Assembly (NCBI GenBank): GCA_002713365.1
Contig: PASR01000014.1
Span: 69,309-133,308, forward strand
Direction of reading: 5' to 3'
Length of the DNA stretch: 64,000 bases
Source: Rhodospirillaceae bacterium
GTDB taxonomy: Bacteria > Pseudomonadota > Alphaproteobacteria > UBA6615
Part shown: in pieces, positions 60,328-64,000 of the stretch
Layout: the number at the start of each line of letters is the position of its first letter
How positions within the stretch are numbered: position 1 is the first letter of the stretch
Position numbers and translations under genes: made by a program
The notes under the pieces: generated by a model
What the model saw: the letters and a program-made list of their open reading frames with translations, nothing else
The model's database searches: none
Told to the model about the DNA's origin: nothing

Positions 60328-60423
60328 CACGCAAAATAATATTTATACCGATAATTTATATAAGTATTTTTTAAGTATAATTAACGGGGTATTTGTATTT
60401 GTTTTGGAAAAATTGATTAAATC

Positions 60424-61641
60424 TTATTTAACTTGTTCATTTTTTAGTTGGAAACGGAATAGCTTAACAAGAAACACAAAAGCAATAGCTGACCCTACTA
60501 CAGTTGCAGTTTGTGATACTCCAAGATGTATTGTGGTAATATTATCTATGTTTGCTAGTAAAAAAGAAATGATAAATGCCCAACCCATATGTATAAAACC
60601 GGTTAGTGCAGAGGCAGCGCCAGCAACATGTGGCTGAACCATACTCAAAGCTTGAGCATAGCAGTTTGCGAAAGCTAAACCTGTTCCAAAATTAGAAATT
60701 AATATTGCAATAAGAATTGATATTGGGCCACTGGTTCCAAATACTGAATACCCTAACTGCATTAGTCCGCCAGTTAGAGCTATAATACATCCTGCAGCAA
60801 TCATCTTATCTAAATGAACTCGTCCACTTAAACGAGCAGATACAAAACTGGCTAGTATGAATGAACTTGGAACAGTCATTACGTAAAAACCAAATAATTC
60901 TGGTGAGACGTCCATCTGATCAATCATTACTATTGGCGCAGCTACTATAAAGGTTTGAAATGTACCGGTTAGAAATGCAATAGTTAGGCTATAACCAATG
61001 AATAGACGGTTATGAAGAAGTTCAATATATTTACGTGCCATACCAGCTAGATCAGGAGAACGACGATCTTCTTTTGGCAGAGTTTCTACAAACCTAGGTA
61101 TGGCGGCAATAAGAGTGGCAAGACCTAGGATCGCAGTTGAAAAGAATGTAGCTCGCCAATCAAACCATGACACTAAAAAACCGCCAAAAAATGGAGCTAT
61201 AGCAGGTCCAACAGCTAGTGACATGCCCAGATAAGATAGGGTTCGAGCAGCAGCTTTACCTTCAGAACCATCGCGAACAATTGCACGGCCAACTACTATA
61301 GTAGTGCATGCTCCCATAGCTTGAAAAAACCGCCCTATTAAAAGCTGACCAATATTATCTGCTAAGCCACACGAAAAACTTGCTAAAGTGAAAAGACCTA
61401 AACCACATAGTATAATTGGTCGTCGGCCAAAAGTATCTGATAATGAACCTGCCACCAGTTGCATAATAGCAAATGCTACTAAATAAGCAGGTATAATTAA
61501 TTGAATATTATTCAGTGATGTCCCTAGGTCTTCTGCCATGTTGACTACAGCAGGCAAGAATATTGTCAGAGCTAACTGACTTGCGAGCATCATCACAAAA
61601 AGTAAAAGAAGAGAAGGGCGCGGTTGTTCTTTTTTAATCAC
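60424..61641 (-). CDS. Bcr/CflA-family MFS efflux transporter
   Basis: IFLPA, GSLSDTFGRRP, GRFFQAMG, GPAIAP..GG, WRATF, ETLP. Confidence 0.9.
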   Translation of the reverse strand: MIKKEQPRPSLLLLFVMMLASQLALTIFLPAVVNMAEDLGTSLNNIQLIIPAYLVAFAIMQLVAGSLSDTFGRRPIILCGLGLFTLASFSCGLADNIGQLLIGRFFQAMGACTTIVVGRAIVRDGSEGKAAARTLSYLGMSLAVGPAIAPFFGGFLVSWFDWRATFFSTAILGLATLIAAIPRFVETLPKEDRRSPDLAGMARKYIELLHNRLFIGYSLTIAFLTGTFQTFIVAAPIVMIDQMDVSPELFGFYVMTVPSSFILASFVSARLSGRVHLDKMIAAGCIIALTGGLMQLGYSVFGTSGPISILIAILISNFGTGLAFANCYAQALSMVQPHVAGAASALTGFIHMGWAFIISFLLANIDNITTIHLGVSQTATVVGSAIAFVFLVKLFRFQLKNEQVK

Positions 61642-62616
61642 CTAATAAAGGCCTAAATTTCGTGCTTGAGCACGTTGTAAAGCTAGAACTATATCAATGT
61701 TTGGAGTGGGTATATTAATTAATTTTCCTATCTCTGCTACAACACCAATTAATGCATCGATTTCCATCGGCCGGCCTTTCTCTAAATCTTGCAAAATAGA
61801 AGGTTTAAAGTTTCCTAGCTCTGCTCCTATGTCAACTCTGGCATCTGCAGTCATTCCGATATTTAGGTTAAGTTCTTTTCCTATAGATATAGCTTCTTCC
61901 ATCATAGCAATAGATATTTTTCTTGCGTCAGGATCATTTGCAACCCCTAAAAGAGTTAGTTTTGTAAGTGCTGAAATTGGTCCCATTCCCATGTTTCCAA
62001 CTAATTTTGACCATATTTCTGTATGTATATTTTCTGTGATTTTACAATTTAGGTTTGATTGGTTTATTGATTCTTTTATTTTTAAGGTTCTTTCTTTTAT
62101 TTTGCCGTCAGGTTCACCAATAATGAATAAATCACCTGAAGCATGGTGTATAACGCCTGGTTCGACAACTGATGATCCGGCATGAACTACGCAACCAATA
62201 ATACGTTCGATTGGTAATGCTTTTAATAATGTGTTTTTAGGATCTATACTATTAAGTAGATGGCCTTTCAGAGGTCCTTTGAGGTTCTGTAGGAACCACC
62301 ATGGTATGCCATTCATAGCAGATATTACTGTAGTATTATCATCTAGTAGGGGCGTGAGTTTAGGAAGAATTTCATTTAGGGATGGAGTTTTTACGGTTAT
62401 AAATAGACAATCTTGAGGACCAAAATCTTCTGGGTCGTCAGAAGCGATTAAATTTACTTTTATTTCTCTGTTACTTTCAATTAATTTTGCACCGTTAGTG
62501 CGAATTGCTTGAAGGTGCTTGCCGCGTGCTAATAAAGTTACCTGGTGTCCAGCGTTTGCTAGGCGGATTCCAAGAAACCCTCCAATTGCTCCTGCTCCAA
62601 CAATACATATTTTCAT
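61642..62616 (-). CDS. Ketopantoate reductase (PanE/ApbA) family protein
   Basis: MKICIVGAGAIGG, ARG, NGIPWW, WSKL, PSILQDL..GRPME; ATG 62616 preferred (ORF track gives 62625). Confidence 0.88.
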   Translation of the reverse strand: MKICIVGAGAIGGFLGIRLANAGHQVTLLARGKHLQAIRTNGAKLIESNREIKVNLIASDDPEDFGPQDCLFITVKTPSLNEILPKLTPLLDDNTTVISAMNGIPWWFLQNLKGPLKGHLLNSIDPKNTLLKALPIERIIGCVVHAGSSVVEPGVIHHASGDLFIIGEPDGKIKERTLKIKESINQSNLNCKITENIHTEIWSKLVGNMGMGPISALTKLTLLGVANDPDARKISIAMMEEAISIGKELNLNIGMTADARVDIGAELGNFKPSILQDLEKGRPMEIDALIGVVAEIGKLINIPTPNIDIVLALQRAQARNLGLY

Positions 62617-62655
62617 AGCCAGCACTCGGTTCTGCGCCTGACTAACCTATATGAA

Positions 62656-63012
62656 TTAAAAAAGATCAAGAACCTGTTCAGGTGGTCGACCAATCTTTGC
62701 TTTGCCATCTATTACCACTATCGGTCGTTCGATCAGTATCGGATTCTCTACCATTGCTGAAACTATGTTTGTGTCACTAATATTTTTATTTTTTAGATTT
62801 AATAGTTTATAAACATCCTCACCTTTGCGAAGCAAATTTCGTGGAGAAATATTAAGCATAACTAGCAGTTCATTTATTTCTTCACCGTTGAGTGGAGTTT
62901 TTAGATATTCAACTATCTTTGGTTGGATTCCATGATCTTGCAGAATCTTCAAGGTGGCACGGGACTTACTGCACCTAGGGTTATGATATATTACGACCTG
63001 ACTATTGATCAT
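62656..63012 (-). CDS. arsC: Arsenate reductase (glutaredoxin), ArsC family
   Basis: YHNPRCSKSR, EYLKTP, LIERPIV, GRPPE. Confidence 0.9.
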   Translation of the reverse strand: MINSQVVIYHNPRCSKSRATLKILQDHGIQPKIVEYLKTPLNGEEINELLVMLNISPRNLLRKGEDVYKLLNLKNKNISDTNIVSAMVENPILIERPIVVIDGKAKIGRPPEQVLDLF

Positions 63013-63044
63013 ATAGTTTCCAGATTATTTATTTACTGTTAAGC

Positions 63045-63085
63045 AAAAATCTATGAAGAGGTCGATATATAACCTCTCCATAGAT
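63045..63085 (-). terminator. Rho-independent terminator after the minus-strand dctM
   Basis: Minus strand reads ATCTATGGAGAGGT-loop-ACCTCTTCATAGAT then TTTT; the single mismatch is a G-U pair on the - strand. Confidence 0.65.
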
Positions 63086-63125
63086 AAAAATTAAATGAAT
63101 TTTCCCGTAATATCCTTATGCTCTA

Positions 63126-64000
63126 TTACGACATGCCTGCTGAAGTAGGTAACCACATCACAATTTCTGGATATACAGTAATTAAAGCTACTAATATAAG
63201 GGTGAATATAAAGAAAGGAGCCACACCTCTGAAAATCTTAGTTAATGGGACATCCGGTGCCATTTTAGCCATAACATAGACATTTATGCCTACGGGAGGG
63301 GTAATAAGCGCTAGCTCAGACATTATAACTGCGTATACACCATACCAAACCGGACTATAATTTAATCCTAAGATAATTGGAAAAGTAAAAGGAATAGTAA
63401 GAATTAGCATGCCCCAAACGTCTAAGACCATACCCAGTGCTATATAAAGCAAACTAAGTCCTAACATTATCGTGAAAGCACTAAATTCTTGAACTTCCAT
63501 CCATTTGATTAATCCCTCGGTTAACTCTGTCTGTACGACAAACTTACCCATCATATGACCGCCACAGATGATTACAAAGATCATGCCGGAAGTTTGCATT
63601 GATTTAAGAAAAGATAATTTTAGGTTTGCCCAGTCTAGGCGTCTCATGAAAGCTGCTATTACTAGGAGGCAGAAAACCCCAACACCGGCTGCTTCTGTTG
63701 GAGTGAATATTCCTCCATAAATACCACCTATTACGACCATAAATGTTATAAATATTGGTAGTACTTTATTAAGTGAGCTTACTTTTTCCTTTAATGTAAA
63801 TTCCTCACCAAGTGGTCCAAGTTCAGGGTTAATATAACAGCGGATAGCAATGGTTACTGAATAGCCTATTGTCATAAGTACTCCAGGAACTATCCCTGCT
63901 ATAAAGAGGGCGCCAATGGAGGTTTCAGTAAGAATACCGTAGCCAATTAGGATAATACTTGGTGGAATTAAAATACCTAATGTGCCAGCAGCACTTATAC
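63126..64000 (-). CDS. dctM: TRAP transporter large permease, partial (5' end beyond window)
   Basis: Frame stays open beyond 63875 to the edge (ISAAGTLGILIPPSIILIGYG...); TPTEAAG, ITPPVG. Confidence 0.9.
   Translation of the reverse strand, partial: ISAAGTLGILIPPSIILIGYGILTETSIGALFIAGIVPGVLMTIGYSVTIAIRCYINPELGPLGEEFTLKEKVSSLNKVLPIFITFMVVIGGIYGGIFTPTEAAGVGVFCLLVIAAFMRRLDWANLKLSFLKSMQTSGMIFVIICGGHMMGKFVVQTELTEGLIKWMEVQEFSAFTIMLGLSLLYIALGMVLDVWGMLILTIPFTFPIILGLNYSPVWYGVYAVIMSELALITPPVGINVYVMAKMAPDVPLTKIFRGVAPFFIFTLILVALITVYPEIVMWLPTSAGMS

Noticed and set aside
1674-62416. Numerous short antisense or overlapping ORFs in the track (e.g. 8187..8588, 23986..24366, 61697..62185)
   Set aside because: Shadow frames of well-supported genes; no RBS or family motifs
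62656-63012. Arsenic-resistance operon
   Set aside because: Standalone ArsC-family gene without arsR, arsB or acr3
63126-63875. Apparently truncated DctM pseudogene
   Set aside because: The frame stays open to position 64000; the truncation is a window-edge artefact
1-64000. CRISPR arrays, tRNA/rRNA, IS elements, prophage or defence genes
   Set aside because: No spaced direct repeats, cloverleaf motifs, transposase, integrase or nuclease motifs seen; intergenic spaces are short

Overview
AT-rich, densely packed bacterial chromosome segment. Gene style (TRAP and NitT/TauT transporters, PimF/FadB-type fusions, egtBD, class 2 pyrD) suggests a marine Alphaproteobacterium, which is inference only. 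It carries about 55 genes, nearly all for catabolism and transport: acyl-CoA/beta-oxidation modules, hydrolases, SDR/MDR dehydrogenases, a hydantoinase/oxoprolinase pair and ergothioneine biosynthesis. I found no rRNA, tRNA, CRISPR array or mobile element, and no recognisable transcription factor. The best candidate for an undescribed system is the 17.8-25.7 kb cluster: an M24-fold hydrolase interrupted by an in-frame TAG, a minimal dikinase (ATP-grasp plus phospho-His domain, no acceptor domain), a Tm-1-like/UPF0261 protein, an orphan SdhA/NadB-family flavoprotein and two dehydrogenases. Other highlights: a PhlABC-like pair (thiolase plus Cys-less HMG-CoA-synthase-DUF35 fusion), an ACAD10/11- or Lva-like 4-hydroxyacyl-CoA module, a His/Asp crotonase next to an AliA-like ligase, and a candidate three-way-junction RNA with an operator-like palindrome upstream of an ABC importer. 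All family calls come from motif recognition by eye, not database searches.
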